Shown: positions 9,691-19,036 of the stretch, one piece after another | How the letters are laid out: the number at the start of each line of letters is the position of its first letter | Position numbering within the stretch: the stretch's first letter is position 1 | Assembly: GCA_047615735.1 (NCBI GenBank) | Contig: JBLHHU010000002.1 | Span: forward strand, 1 to 45,747 | From: Kiritimatiellia bacterium | GTDB lineage: Bacteria; Verrucomicrobiota; Kiritimatiellia; UBA8416; JAIOPI01 | DNA length: 45,747 nucleotides | Direction: 5' to 3' | Translations under genes and position numbers: made by a program | Notes under the pieces: model-generated | Told to the model about the DNA's origin: nothing | Database searches by the model: none | Seen by the model: the letters and a program-made list of their open reading frames with translations, nothing else

Positions 9691-10947
9691 ATGTCCATAG
9701 AAGCCGAAATTCAAACCATAGGGGCGCACGCCAAACGTGCGGCCGGCGAATTAAACCTGATCGGGTCGCGCAAAAAAAACCTGATTCTACAATCCATGGC
9801 CGATGCGCTCGAAGAACAGCGTCACGCCATTGCAATCGCCAATGAAAAGGATCTAGCTGCAGGGCGTGAGAATGGGCTATCCAGCGCGTTACTCGACCGG
9901 CTGCGCCTGGATGACCAGCGCATGGATTCTATGATTAAAGGAATTCGAGATGTGGCAGACCTCAAAGACCCTATCGGCACACGGATTAGTCGCTGGATTC
10001 GCCCCAATGGCCTTCAAATCATCAAGCAGCGTGTCCCCATCGGCGTGATTGGGATCATTTACGAATCACGGCCCAATGTCACGGCAGACACCGCAGCACT
10101 ATGCATCAAGACCTCCAACGCCGTCATTTTACGTGGTGGCAAGGAAGCGATGCATTCCAATGCTGCCATCGCCGACGCACTTGCCGAAGGCGGTCAGCGC
10201 AAAGGTTTGCCAGACCATGCGATCCAACTCGTTCGCACAACCGATCGTGCGGCTGTCTCGGCGTTGCTCAAAATGGACGACAAGTTGGACCTGATCATTC
10301 CTCGTGGCGGCGAAGCATTGATACGCACCGTTACAGAACAGGCACGTATGCCGGTCATCAAGCACTACAAGGGCGTCTGCCATACGTACGTGGATGCGCA
10401 AGCCGACTTGGAAATGGCAACTGAGATTGCCGTGAACGCAAAGTGCCACCGTCCCGGCGTTTGCAACGCCATGGAGACCCTACTTGTGCACGAGGAGGTC
10501 GCGGCCGCTTTTCTGCCCCGCGTGGCCAAGCGGCTCGAGGCCGCTGGCGTCGAACTTCGCGGCGATGCCCGTACGTGCGAATTAGTGCCCACCGCCATGC
10601 CGGCCACCGAAGAAGATTGGTTCGAAGAATACCTCGACCTCATTTTGGCAATCCGCGTTGTGCCGTCCTTAGACGAGGCCGTCGAACACATCAACACGTA
10701 TGGCTCGAGGCATTCCGACGCCATCGTATCGTCGGACGAGGTTGCCCAGAATGCATTTCTAAAGCGTGTCGACTCATCAACGGTTTATGTTAACGCCTCA
10801 ACACGCTTTACGGACGGTGCCGAATTCGGAATGGGTGCGGAAATTGGGATCAGCACGGACAAATTGCACGCACGCGGCCCGATGGGCCTCGAGGAATTAA
10901 CAACCTACAAGTACCTGATCATGGGAAAAGGTCAGATACGCGACTAA
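9691..10947 (+). CDS. proA: Gamma-glutamyl phosphate reductase
   Basis: 418 aa, aldehyde-dehydrogenase fold, with the catalytic-Cys block RPGVCNAMETLLVH and C-terminal GLEELTTYKY typical of ProA. It lies immediately downstream of proB. Confidence 0.93.
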   Translation: MSIEAEIQTIGAHAKRAAGELNLIGSRKKNLILQSMADALEEQRHAIAIANEKDLAAGRENGLSSALLDRLRLDDQRMDSMIKGIRDVADLKDPIGTRISRWIRPNGLQIIKQRVPIGVIGIIYESRPNVTADTAALCIKTSNAVILRGGKEAMHSNAAIADALAEGGQRKGLPDHAIQLVRTTDRAAVSALLKMDDKLDLIIPRGGEALIRTVTEQARMPVIKHYKGVCHTYVDAQADLEMATEIAVNAKCHRPGVCNAMETLLVHEEVAAAFLPRVAKRLEAAGVELRGDARTCELVPTAMPATEEDWFEEYLDLILAIRVVPSLDEAVEHINTYGSRHSDAIVSSDEVAQNAFLKRVDSSTVYVNASTRFTDGAEFGMGAEIGISTDKLHARGPMGLEELTTYKYLIMGKGQIRD

Positions 10948-10963
10948 GCGATACGCGGGCGTC

Positions 10964-11866
10964 TTACTTTGTACCCACGGACAGGTCGAGAATAGGCTCT
11001 TCGTCCAGCAAACTACGGCTTGGCAGAGCCGCGGCATTCGGGCCAGCCGCGTTCGATTTTCCTGATATGGCGTCGTTCACCGCGTTTCGTACGTCAGAGG
11101 TCGAAACGTCTTCAGCTGTTGGAGCATCTTCTATGACCGGCATGACCTCCAATTCAACGGTTGAGCCCGTCAGCTTAATTTCCTCGCCCGGCTCAATTCT
11201 AAGCCCCGGGCTGCGCTCGCGCTGACCAGACGTTTTGATCGTCGTCGGCTCGATCTTGAGGTCGACAACCTCAACGGGCTCCAAATCTTTGCTACCTAAA
11301 TTTGCACCAACGGGTGGCTGCGTCGGCTGCTTGCCTTGGGGTGGACCGTATTTGCCCCAACGACGCTGGTCATAGTTTCGATCATAGAGATCCAATCCGT
11401 GGCGCTTGCCGAGCCAACGCCACTCTGCGCCGCTGAACGAAAAAAGCCCATCCAGCTTGTTAATCACAATGGCAGATTCAAGTGTGGGGATTTGGTGCGC
11501 ATTGGGAGCGGTCGACAGTGCACGCGCAAGACCGGTTGGAATACCTTTCGACGGTCCTAGAGCGATCGTATGCGCAGGATGCGTGGAAAAAGCGCCCCCT
11601 GAACTGACGTCGAGGGGGGACACTTGACGCCAGGAAGCGCTCGATGCGTCCCAAGTGTGCAAGAAAGGAGCACCCGTTTGGTCGCGCTCGTAAGACACGA
11701 TTTGAACGCTCCTAATCTCAGCCAAATCAAAGGCAAGATTGACCGCGCTCTCGGTGGCCGGAACCACCAAAGCCACTCCGCCTGATTTTTGGGAGTCCTG
11801 TGCGATGGAACCCCAGAAGAGAAACAACGGAACGACACTAAGTAAAACGAAGCGATCTTTTTTCAT
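10964..11866 (-). CDS. Hypothetical secreted protein
   Basis: Signal-peptide-like N-terminus MKKDRFVLLSVVPLFLFWGSIAQD, with a GAGG SD before the second ATG (11866). The longest ORF starts at 11881. No motif recognised. Confidence 0.6.
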   Translation of the reverse strand: MKKDRFVLLSVVPLFLFWGSIAQDSQKSGGVALVVPATESAVNLAFDLAEIRSVQIVSYERDQTGAPFLHTWDASSASWRQVSPLDVSSGGAFSTHPAHTIALGPSKGIPTGLARALSTAPNAHQIPTLESAIVINKLDGLFSFSGAEWRWLGKRHGLDLYDRNYDQRRWGKYGPPQGKQPTQPPVGANLGSKDLEPVEVVDLKIEPTTIKTSGQRERSPGLRIEPGEEIKLTGSTVELEVMPVIEDAPTAEDVSTSDVRNAVNDAISGKSNAAGPNAAALPSRSLLDEEPILDLSVGTK

Positions 11867-11997
11867 AACAAAACCTCTCATACAGCATCCTTTGAATAAC
11901 GGTGCTGTTTGTCAACGCCAATAGCGTATCGATCCATAATTGAAAACAATGTGGCTGACGCCCAAAACGAAAGAAAACGAAGCCCACGACTCTACAC

Positions 11998-13569
11998 CTA
12001 CTTGTAGATTTCGGAAAGAATATCTTCCTGGGGGTTCAAGGTCGACGGCATGCCCGTGATTTCCCCCAACTTGTTGATCAAGGTTAACAAGCGTTGTCCA
12101 CTGGTCGAGGCCAAGTCCAGCATGTCTGCCTGCGACTGCTCCAATGAGCCCAAACGCTGGTCCTTTACCATATCAATGGAACAGTTTACCACGGATAGAG
12201 GCTGACATAGCTCCTGCGTAATTTCCGCAAGCACGCGCATGGTTTCTTCAGAATCCGCGGGTGTTGCATCCTTCTCCGTCGACTTGATCGACGCCAGTTT
12301 TTCCTCAAGTCCAATAATTTTAGAATCCGTCGCCTGCATGAGTACGCCGACCTGACTCTCGACCTCTTGAAGAATGCCGAGCATGCGGTCTTGATCGAAG
12401 TCCTGGCCAGCCGTTCCAGGCACGGCGCCTTCAACCCTCTCCATGAGCCCCGCAAGTGCACTTCCACTGGTGAGAACGTCAGAGGAGTCTTCGAAACCGC
12501 CCTGGCGAAGAATGGAATGCATCTCAGCATTGGAGATGCCCAGTGCGACAGCTTGCTGACGCACGGCATCAATATCAAGGTCGCCATCCTGCTTTGTTCG
12601 CAAAAAGCGAGTCAGCCGCTTTTCATTTTCACGCAAGGCGTCACGATGATGCGCGTAATCATCCACCATGGATTCGGTCATCAGCGTATCAACCGCCCTA
12701 CCGATAGTGCTCGAAATGCCGACACTGTATGAATCCGGAACGGTTTCTGGAGAACGACCCAAAAGCTCATTCTCGAGAAGGTTCAAGTTCTGGGCAAGCG
12801 CGCGCTTGCCCTTTGCGGTATGGGCATCGTCCCCGCCAAGCAGCGCATCACAGCCGCGCTTCAGGTTCGTCAATATTCGGGACGCCATTTGCTCGACGTT
12901 GTCGGATTCTGTATCCTGCTCTACCGATTTGACGATTATATCCGACAAACGTGACGGGTCCTTGATGGCTTTTTCCAGCGCCCGCGTCCCGTTTGCATCC
13001 AACACATCGCCTTGGGAATCAAGCAGTCCAAGCACAGCCTTTTCGTTATCGCTACCGACGCCGATTTCGTCCTCGTCGACAACAATCTGCCCCTCTTCAA
13101 CGGCTGCGTACTTAATCTCTCTGACTTTAACGTGAACGATGCCAGCTTGTTTGAGCGCCTCGTCCAAACCAATGTCGACAGAACGTTGCCCCTCGGCGCT
13201 GTCGCTTAAAATTTGCAGAAGCGAAGAGAATTCGTCCCGAGTCAGACCCGCGCTGAAGCTGAGCCCCATGATTTCAGCAGAAAGCAACTTCGCAACAAGG
13301 GCTTGAACCAGTGAATTCTTTTGGGAAACAAGCTTCCCGTTGATGACAAGATCTTTTTCCGGCCAAGACAGGATGATCTCATCGGCGACAGTGCATGCCG
13401 CAAGAATCTGCTTAAAACATGAATCGACGGTCTCTTGTGTGATGGCATGCTTAACGCCATAGAGGCTCATCTGGCTTAAACCGCGCCCAAGTGTGCGCGC
13501 AAACGATTCAAAGTCCACCTCGGGTTCAGATTTACCGGAATGCACTGCAGGGTGTTTGTCGACAGACAT
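11998..13569 (-). CDS. Hypothetical cytoplasmic protein with a C-terminal HisKA/DHp-like helix pair lacking the phospho-acceptor His
   Basis: 523 aa with a GGAGAG SD. The C-terminus reads LAEITQELCQPLSVVNCSIDMV...SGQRLLTLINKLGEI, which resembles the HisKA H-box (SHELRTPL) with His replaced by Gln. No HATPase domain follows. Confidence 0.6.
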   Translation of the reverse strand: MSVDKHPAVHSGKSEPEVDFESFARTLGRGLSQMSLYGVKHAITQETVDSCFKQILAACTVADEIILSWPEKDLVINGKLVSQKNSLVQALVAKLLSAEIMGLSFSAGLTRDEFSSLLQILSDSAEGQRSVDIGLDEALKQAGIVHVKVREIKYAAVEEGQIVVDEDEIGVGSDNEKAVLGLLDSQGDVLDANGTRALEKAIKDPSRLSDIIVKSVEQDTESDNVEQMASRILTNLKRGCDALLGGDDAHTAKGKRALAQNLNLLENELLGRSPETVPDSYSVGISSTIGRAVDTLMTESMVDDYAHHRDALRENEKRLTRFLRTKQDGDLDIDAVRQQAVALGISNAEMHSILRQGGFEDSSDVLTSGSALAGLMERVEGAVPGTAGQDFDQDRMLGILQEVESQVGVLMQATDSKIIGLEEKLASIKSTEKDATPADSEETMRVLAEITQELCQPLSVVNCSIDMVKDQRLGSLEQSQADMLDLASTSGQRLLTLINKLGEITGMPSTLNPQEDILSEIYK

Positions 13570-13647
13570 CTACTACTCTCCAATAATCGAAACAACGCAA
13601 TTAATGCTTTTGAGAACGTAACAAATTTTACACATATTGGCCAGTGC

Positions 13648-13687
13648 ATAAAAAGACGGGTGTGTCCCAATTTGGAACACACCCGTC
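13648..13687 (-). terminator. Rho-independent terminator of the amtB-glnK operon
   Basis: On the minus strand: GACGGGTGTGT-(11-nt loop)-ACACACCCGTC, a perfect 11-bp stem followed by TTTTTAT. It starts about 60 nt after the glnK stop. Confidence 0.85.
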
Positions 13688-13750
13688 AGAACCCCTTTGG
13701 GCAATTGGCCCCGCCAAGGGAGCCAACGCCCACCCTAACCCTAGCAAGGA

Positions 13751-14092
13751 TTAACCGATAGCATCCGCACCGGTTTCACCTGTTCGGATGCGTATGCAAT
13801 CCGCAAGATCCAAAACAAATATTTTACCGTCACCAATGTTTCCCGTGCGGGCAGCCTCGATGATCGTGGCCGTCGTTGAATCGACAAACTCATCATTGAT
13901 GGCGATCTCAAGACGAACCTTTTTCAACAAGTTCACCTCAATGTCGGCACCACGATACGATTCGTGATAGCCCTTCTGTTGTCCGCAACCCAGCGCATTC
14001 GTGACCGACATCTTGTGGATGTCCTTTTCGAAGAGCGCCTGTTTGACGGGCGTCAACGCCTCTGGTTGAATGTATGCTATGAGCAATTTCAT
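13751..14092 (-). CDS. glnK: PII nitrogen regulatory protein (GlnK/NrgB type)
   Basis: 113 aa. T-loop [20 protein letters not shown]-terminal GDGKIFV...IRIRTGE, and genetic linkage to amtB. Confidence 0.93.
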   Translation of the reverse strand: MKLLIAYIQPEALTPVKQALFEKDIHKMSVTNALGCGQQKGYHESYRGADIEVNLLKKVRLEIAINDEFVDSTTATIIEAARTGNIGDGKIFVLDLADCIRIRTGETGADAIG

Positions 14093-14175
14093 TTCGCTTT
14101 TCCTTCCTCCGGGGCATGATCCCCGGACTATTTCAGCCTAAATACTGTCTATTAATCGATACGTGATGTTTCGAA

Positions 14176-15501
14176 CTACTGCACAGAGAAGATCTGGAAT
14201 CCACCATAGGCTTCCATACCGTGCTCGCCGACATCCAATCCGCCCAGTTCTTCTTCTTTCGACACACGCAGACCAATGGTCGCCTTGATCACGAGGAAGA
14301 TGGCAGCAGATGAGATCACACAGAACACGCCAGTAGCGCCAATTCCGATCAACTGAGCAACAACATCTTTTCCTGTTCCGAAGATGCCGGTAGCCAATGT
14401 ACCCCAGATCCCACACACGAGGTGGACCGAGACCGCACCCACTGGGTCGTCAATCTTCGAACGGTCAATCGCGATAACAGAGAATACAACCAGTATTCCG
14501 GCGATGAAACCAATGATAATCGCCTCGGTCACGCTGACGACATCGGCGCCTGCGGTGATGCCGACCAGACCGGCCAATGAGCCGTTGAGCACCATGGAAA
14601 GGTCAGGTTTCTTCTGCACCGTCCACGAGACAAGCATTGCACCCATGATGCCAGCAGCGGCAGCCAGGCTGGTCGTCACGAGCACGAAGGACGTTGTCAC
14701 CGGATCAGCGGACAGCACGGAGCCACCATTAAACCCGAACCAACCGAGCCACAAGAGGAATACACCAATGGTCGCCAGCGGCAAACTGTGCCCCGGAATT
14801 GCCCTGATGCTACCATTAACATACTTACCGAGACGTGGTCCCAGAATGATTGCGCCAACGAGAGCAGCCCAGCCACCCACGGAGTGAACCAGTGTTGATC
14901 CTGCGAAGTCGTGGAAACCGCGCTCGGCCAACCAGCCACCACCCCAGTGCCATGAACCCACGATTGGGTAAATGAAGGCAACATAGATAAGGCTGAAGAT
15001 CAGGAAAGACCCGAGCTTTATGCGCTCGGCTACCGCACCCGAAACAATGGTCGCGGCGGTCGCGGCAAACATTCCCTGGAACAAAAAGTCTGTCCAGTAG
15101 GTATACCCAGGATTGTAAGCACTGGTGTCATTCGCGGGATTGCCCATTTCATTGGCAATGCCGAAGTCGAATTGACCCAGAATATTGGCAATGCCCCATT
15201 CTGCCGGATACATCAGGTTGAAGCCAATGATCGTATAGGACAAGAGACCAATCGCAATAATGCCCGTATTCTTAAACAGAATATTGACGGTATTCTTTGC
15301 TCGCGTTAGCCCCGCTTCCAACGAAGCAAATCCCAAATGCATCGCGAACACCAAAAATGTGGCAACCATCATCCACACATTGTTCACGGTAAACATCTCA
15401 TCGGAGACACCCGTCTCCTCCTGTGCCCACACTCGCCCTGCGCCTATTACAAATAGGCCCACGGTCGCCAATAATCCTACGCGTCGCTTCGGCAGCTTCA
15501 T
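14176..15501 (-). CDS. amtB: Ammonium transporter
   Basis: Polytopic membrane protein with the Amt signature DFAGSTLVHSVGGWAALVGAIILGPR and a second His block VHLVCGIWGTL. Start reassigned to ATG 15501 (MKLPKRRVGLL..., signal-like), which has AAGGAG 5 nt upstream. The ORF-track start at 15534 would sit almost on the promoter. Confidence 0.92.
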   Translation of the reverse strand: MKLPKRRVGLLATVGLFVIGAGRVWAQEETGVSDEMFTVNNVWMMVATFLVFAMHLGFASLEAGLTRAKNTVNILFKNTGIIAIGLLSYTIIGFNLMYPAEWGIANILGQFDFGIANEMGNPANDTSAYNPGYTYWTDFLFQGMFAATAATIVSGAVAERIKLGSFLIFSLIYVAFIYPIVGSWHWGGGWLAERGFHDFAGSTLVHSVGGWAALVGAIILGPRLGKYVNGSIRAIPGHSLPLATIGVFLLWLGWFGFNGGSVLSADPVTTSFVLVTTSLAAAAGIMGAMLVSWTVQKKPDLSMVLNGSLAGLVGITAGADVVSVTEAIIIGFIAGILVVFSVIAIDRSKIDDPVGAVSVHLVCGIWGTLATGIFGTGKDVVAQLIGIGATGVFCVISSAAIFLVIKATIGLRVSKEEELGGLDVGEHGMEAYGGFQIFSVQ

Positions 15502-15551
15502 CCATTCTCCTTTGTTGAGGTTTTCCATTGCCAAGATTTCGAAGGTCTCTA

Positions 15552-15570
15552 ATGCAGAGACCGTGCCAAC
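15552..15570 (-). promoter_or_regulatory. Sigma-54 (-24/-12) promoter of amtB-glnK
   Basis: The minus strand reads TTGGCACGGTCTCTGCAT, against the consensus YTGGCACGrNNNTTGCW. The GG and GC are at exact spacing, with one mismatch (C for T at -14). The predicted transcription start site (TSS) is about 40 nt upstream of the ATG at 15501. Confidence 0.65.
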
Positions 15571-15840
15571 GCATCTGATCTGTCCCTAAAAAATGTCACA
15601 AGATGTTATACGACAAAGATTTAACACAATATGTTTTTTTGAACTAACGTTTCGAGACAAGCACGCAAATACACTTTTGTCACAAAAATTGGCGTTGGGA
15701 CAATTTTGTATCCCCAAAAAAGGATACCCAATTCATACAGAAATTAGTGAGAACCGAAGCTCGGTTCGGGCGTGTTTATTGGCACCATAGAAGCGATTAG
15801 TTTGACACGAGATGCTCGATCCAGATAAGAATCTGGCGCA

Positions 15841-17064
15841 ATGAAGACGAAAACACTTATATTTCTTGGTGACGGCATGGCCGATGAGCCCATCGAGGAA
15901 CTGGACGGTAAAACGCCGCTTCAGGCCGCGCATACACCCGCCATGGACCGAATTGCTCGCGAGGGCGTGAGCGGAACGCTGCATACCCTCCCAGAAGGCT
16001 TTCCGACCAGCAGTGATGTGGCCAACATGTCCGTACTGGGCTGCCACATTCCGAGCGACTATTGCGGGCGCGGTCCACTGGAAGCCGCCGGACGCGGCAT
16101 TGCGCTCGCCCCAGATGACGTCGCGTTCCGCCTCAACTTGACAACGGAACGTGACGGTATCCTCACCGACTACTCCGGCGGACACCTTGCGCAGGACCAT
16201 GCTGACGAATTGATCGCCCTCTTGAACGACGCCTTCGGGTCGGAGCGCGTACGGATCGAAGCAGGCGTCAGCTATCGCAACCTGCTTATTCTGTCCGGTC
16301 CCGAGTTCACCTCCGCTGTCGTGACCGAAAAACCTGACGATAATCAAGGCAATCGCGTGGACGAACACCTGCCACATGCCGACGCGCCGGAGGCGCAAGA
16401 GACGCTGGCCCTCCTCTTAAAGATCATCAGCGAAGCACCAGAAGTGATGGCGCAGAGCTCGGTCAATCAGGCCCTGCTCGCCAAAGGCCAACCCCTGCGC
16501 ACAAACGGCCTATGGCCCTGCCATGGAGGTCACGCGGCTAAGCTGACAACCCTGAAAAGCAAATATGGCATCGAAAACAGCGCGGTGATATCTGCCGTGG
16601 ATGTGATCCTCGGACTGGGACATTGCCTGGGCATGCAGGTCATCACGGTGCCCGGCGCGACGGGCTACATCGACACCAACTACGAAGGTAAGGCCGATGC
16701 GGCGATTCAGGCGCTCCACACGAATGACTTTGTCTACCTGCACGTCGAAGCGATTGACGAAGTCTCGCACGAACAACGTTTGGATTTAAAACTGCAGGCG
16801 ATTGAAGATTTTGACCGCCGCGTCGTTGCCCGCGTTTTGGATAACATTAGCGACGATGTCAATGTGGCTGTTCTACCCGATCACCCCGTGCCCATTTCCA
16901 TTGGCAAACACACGCGTACCCCTGTGCCTGTTTCGGTGCGACTAAAAGGTCGCACGGCGGACAGCGTGCAGTCCTTCGACGAAGCGGCCTGCCTGACAGG
17001 CGAGTTGGGCGCCATGGCGAATGGGGATCTCATGGCACTCCTCCTCGGAACACCTCGGGCTTAG
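15841..17064 (+). CDS. apgM: Cofactor-independent phosphoglycerate mutase, archaeal-type (ApgM family metalloenzyme)
   Basis: 407 aa. N-terminus LIFLGDGMADEP...TPLQAAHTPAMD, then YLHVEAIDEVSH and LPDHPVP blocks typical of the ApgM/alkaline-phosphatase superfamily. Confidence 0.85.
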   Translation: MKTKTLIFLGDGMADEPIEELDGKTPLQAAHTPAMDRIAREGVSGTLHTLPEGFPTSSDVANMSVLGCHIPSDYCGRGPLEAAGRGIALAPDDVAFRLNLTTERDGILTDYSGGHLAQDHADELIALLNDAFGSERVRIEAGVSYRNLLILSGPEFTSAVVTEKPDDNQGNRVDEHLPHADAPEAQETLALLLKIISEAPEVMAQSSVNQALLAKGQPLRTNGLWPCHGGHAAKLTTLKSKYGIENSAVISAVDVILGLGHCLGMQVITVPGATGYIDTNYEGKADAAIQALHTNDFVYLHVEAIDEVSHEQRLDLKLQAIEDFDRRVVARVLDNISDDVNVAVLPDHPVPISIGKHTRTPVPVSVRLKGRTADSVQSFDEAACLTGELGAMANGDLMALLLGTPRA

Positions 17065-17810
17065 TCGGCGTCGACGATGTCCATGATCCGTCCTTCGTCT
17101 AGACGGAGTACGCGATCACAACTGCTCGCAATGCGCTCGTCGTGTGTGACGAGCACAAGCGCATGCGCGCTTGTTTCGCTCATGCCAAACAAATGCTTTA
17201 GCACCTGGCTGCCCGTATCGGCGTCCAGATTCCCGGTCGGTTCGTCAGCGAGCAGAATTCGCGGACGATTCATCAACGCACGCGCCAAGGCAACGCGCTG
17301 TTGTTCGCCGCCGGACAGCTCCATGGGTCGATGACGCAAACGATCGCCCAAGCCAACCCGGTCGAGAAGGTCACGAGCGCGCTCTCGCGCAGCCGTGAGC
17401 GACCCCGGAACGGCGTAGGCAGGCAGAACAACGTTTTCCACGATGTCCATTTCTGGCAGCAAATGATAGGACTGAAATACGAAACCAATGTCACGCGCAC
17501 GCCGCGATGTTCGCATTGCTCCGGACATGCGCGACGCGGGCACACCATCCAGACTCACATCGCCTTTATCTGGACGATCCAGCAGCCCGAGCAAGTGAAG
17601 CAGCGTACTTTTGCCGGCACCGCTACGACCGATAATCGCCAGGCGCTCCCCATCGTATACCTGCAGACTGGCGCCATTCAGTACAGACACGCGATGGCCG
17701 GCCAAATGATATTCTTTGTGCACGTCGACAGCATCAATGATGAGATCAGCCTGCTTCGACGCTTCGGGCATATTCTGTTGCGGTGCTGTTGTTGCGTCCA
17801 CGGTCGACAT
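17061..17810 (-). CDS. lolD: Lipoprotein-releasing system ATP-binding protein (LolD-like ABC ATPase)
   Basis: Walker A GRSGAGKST, signature LSGGEQQRVALARAL and Walker B ILLADEPTGNLD. The start overlaps the lolC/E stop (TAATG). Confidence 0.88.
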   Translation of the reverse strand: MSTVDATTAPQQNMPEASKQADLIIDAVDVHKEYHLAGHRVSVLNGASLQVYDGERLAIIGRSGAGKSTLLHLLGLLDRPDKGDVSLDGVPASRMSGAMRTSRRARDIGFVFQSYHLLPEMDIVENVVLPAYAVPGSLTAARERARDLLDRVGLGDRLRHRPMELSGGEQQRVALARALMNRPRILLADEPTGNLDADTGSQVLKHLFGMSETSAHALVLVTHDERIASSCDRVLRLDEGRIMDIVDAD

Positions 17811-19030
17811 TACTCCTGCCTCAGTGCGCGAACAGGATCGAGGCGCGCGGCGCGATAGGCCGGTATAAAACTGGCCAGCGTACAGAACAACAGAACAAAG
17901 CCTGCCACCTGAGCCATCTCAACCGGATCGGCATGCCACGGAATTTTGTCGAGCCCGTATATGCTTTTTGGAAATATGGCGACGTCATGATTAGCGAGAA
18001 ATCCAGCAATGTTGTTCAAATTATTCAAAACGAGCAGGCCGACACCCAATCCGCCCAGCGTACCGGCCAAGCACTGAATCCATCCATGCCACACGAAAAT
18101 AGCCATAATGCGACTGGATGGAAAGCCCAGCGCTTTCATCAATCCAATTTCATTGGTCTTTTGAACCGTTATCACAATAAGCGTATTGGTGACGCAGAAT
18201 ATAGCGACGATCGCAATAAACACGAGCAACAGGAACATCATCGTTTTTTCGTGACTGAGAGCCTGAAACAGAACGCTGTCGATCTCATCCCAACTCTGCA
18301 CCATATATTGCCTATCGACGGCCTCGGTAACGGCCGCGCGGTAATGCGGAAATTGAAATGCATCCTCCGTCATGACGTAGATACTAAAGACCCCGAAATC
18401 ATGCCCGACGAGTTCACGTGCGACATCCAGCGACGTCAGCACAAAGGAACCGTCGAAATCACGCATGCCCATATCGAAGAGACCGGTCACGGTTAATTCT
18501 TCAGGCAGGTAGAGCTCATCCTTCTTGACGACATTGAGCGGGGAATACACCAATATGGTGTCGCCAACGTGAACGCCTAGACTACGCGCCAGATCAATTC
18601 CCAAAACGGCATTTTCGCCGGTGATATCAAAGACGCCGTTGGTGATGTTCGCAGGGATCTGACTGACACCCTCAGCGCGCGCTGGATCAACGCCCAGCAA
18701 CACAGGGGCCGACATCTGGCCATTGGCTTGAATCAGAACACGCGTTTCGATGGCGCCGGCGGAACCCGTAATGCCATCGATGGCATCCAAACGTTCATAG
18801 ACCGCGCCCTCATCCTCAATGACACCATAGGGGTTGCTTAGGGTCAGATGCGGCTTGAAGCTGAGAATCTTGTCGCGCCACATATTATCAAAGCCGGTCA
18901 TGACGGACAGAACAATGACAAGAATGCCGACGCCGAGCAGGACACCCAGTACGGAAATAAACGTCACGACCGACACGAACGAGCGACGTGGCCGCAAGTA
19001 CTTCAGTGCGAGCATCAATGCAAAAGGCAT
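17810..19030 (-). CDS. Lipoprotein-releasing system permease (LolC/LolE, FtsX-type)
   Basis: 406 aa. The N-terminus MPFALMLALKYLRPRR is typical of LolC/E. A large periplasmic domain sits between TM1 and TM2, and the C-terminus carries an FtsX 3-TM bundle. Confidence 0.88.
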   Translation of the reverse strand: MPFALMLALKYLRPRRSFVSVVTFISVLGVLLGVGILVIVLSVMTGFDNMWRDKILSFKPHLTLSNPYGVIEDEGAVYERLDAIDGITGSAGAIETRVLIQANGQMSAPVLLGVDPARAEGVSQIPANITNGVFDITGENAVLGIDLARSLGVHVGDTILVYSPLNVVKKDELYLPEELTVTGLFDMGMRDFDGSFVLTSLDVARELVGHDFGVFSIYVMTEDAFQFPHYRAAVTEAVDRQYMVQSWDEIDSVLFQALSHEKTMMFLLLVFIAIVAIFCVTNTLIVITVQKTNEIGLMKALGFPSSRIMAIFVWHGWIQCLAGTLGGLGVGLLVLNNLNNIAGFLANHDVAIFPKSIYGLDKIPWHADPVEMAQVAGFVLLFCTLASFIPAYRAARLDPVRALRQE

Positions 19031-19036
19031 TATGCG

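Noticed and set aside
14108-14127. 7-bp hairpin TCCGGGG-CATGAT-CCCCGGA in the amtB-glnK spacer, partly overlapping the glnK SD
   Set aside because: It is short, only 3 nt of the SD are sequestered, and an alternative AAGGA SD remains free. That is not enough to claim regulation.
15780-15795. Additional TGGCAC-N7-GC sigma-54-like hits: 15780-15795 (+) upstream of apgM, 8665-8680 (+) upstream of proB, and 29910-29925 (+)
   Set aside because: The -12 elements are poor (AAGCG, AGGCG, CAGCG, with no TTGC). One or two such hits are expected by chance in 2 x 45 kb, and the third has no downstream gene.
15733-16398. 221-aa ORF antisense to apgM
   Set aside because: It lies fully inside, and opposite to, a CDS with strong family motifs. 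It has no motif, no SD and a Arg/Gly-rich composition typical of antisense frames in GC-rich DNA.
17783-18496. 237-aa ORF antisense to lolC/E, and similar long antisense ORFs (for example 34637-35386 opposite fadA, 9048-9632 opposite proB, 14384-14887 opposite amtB)
   Set aside because: All are shadows of well-supported genes on the other strand, and none shows a recognisable domain.
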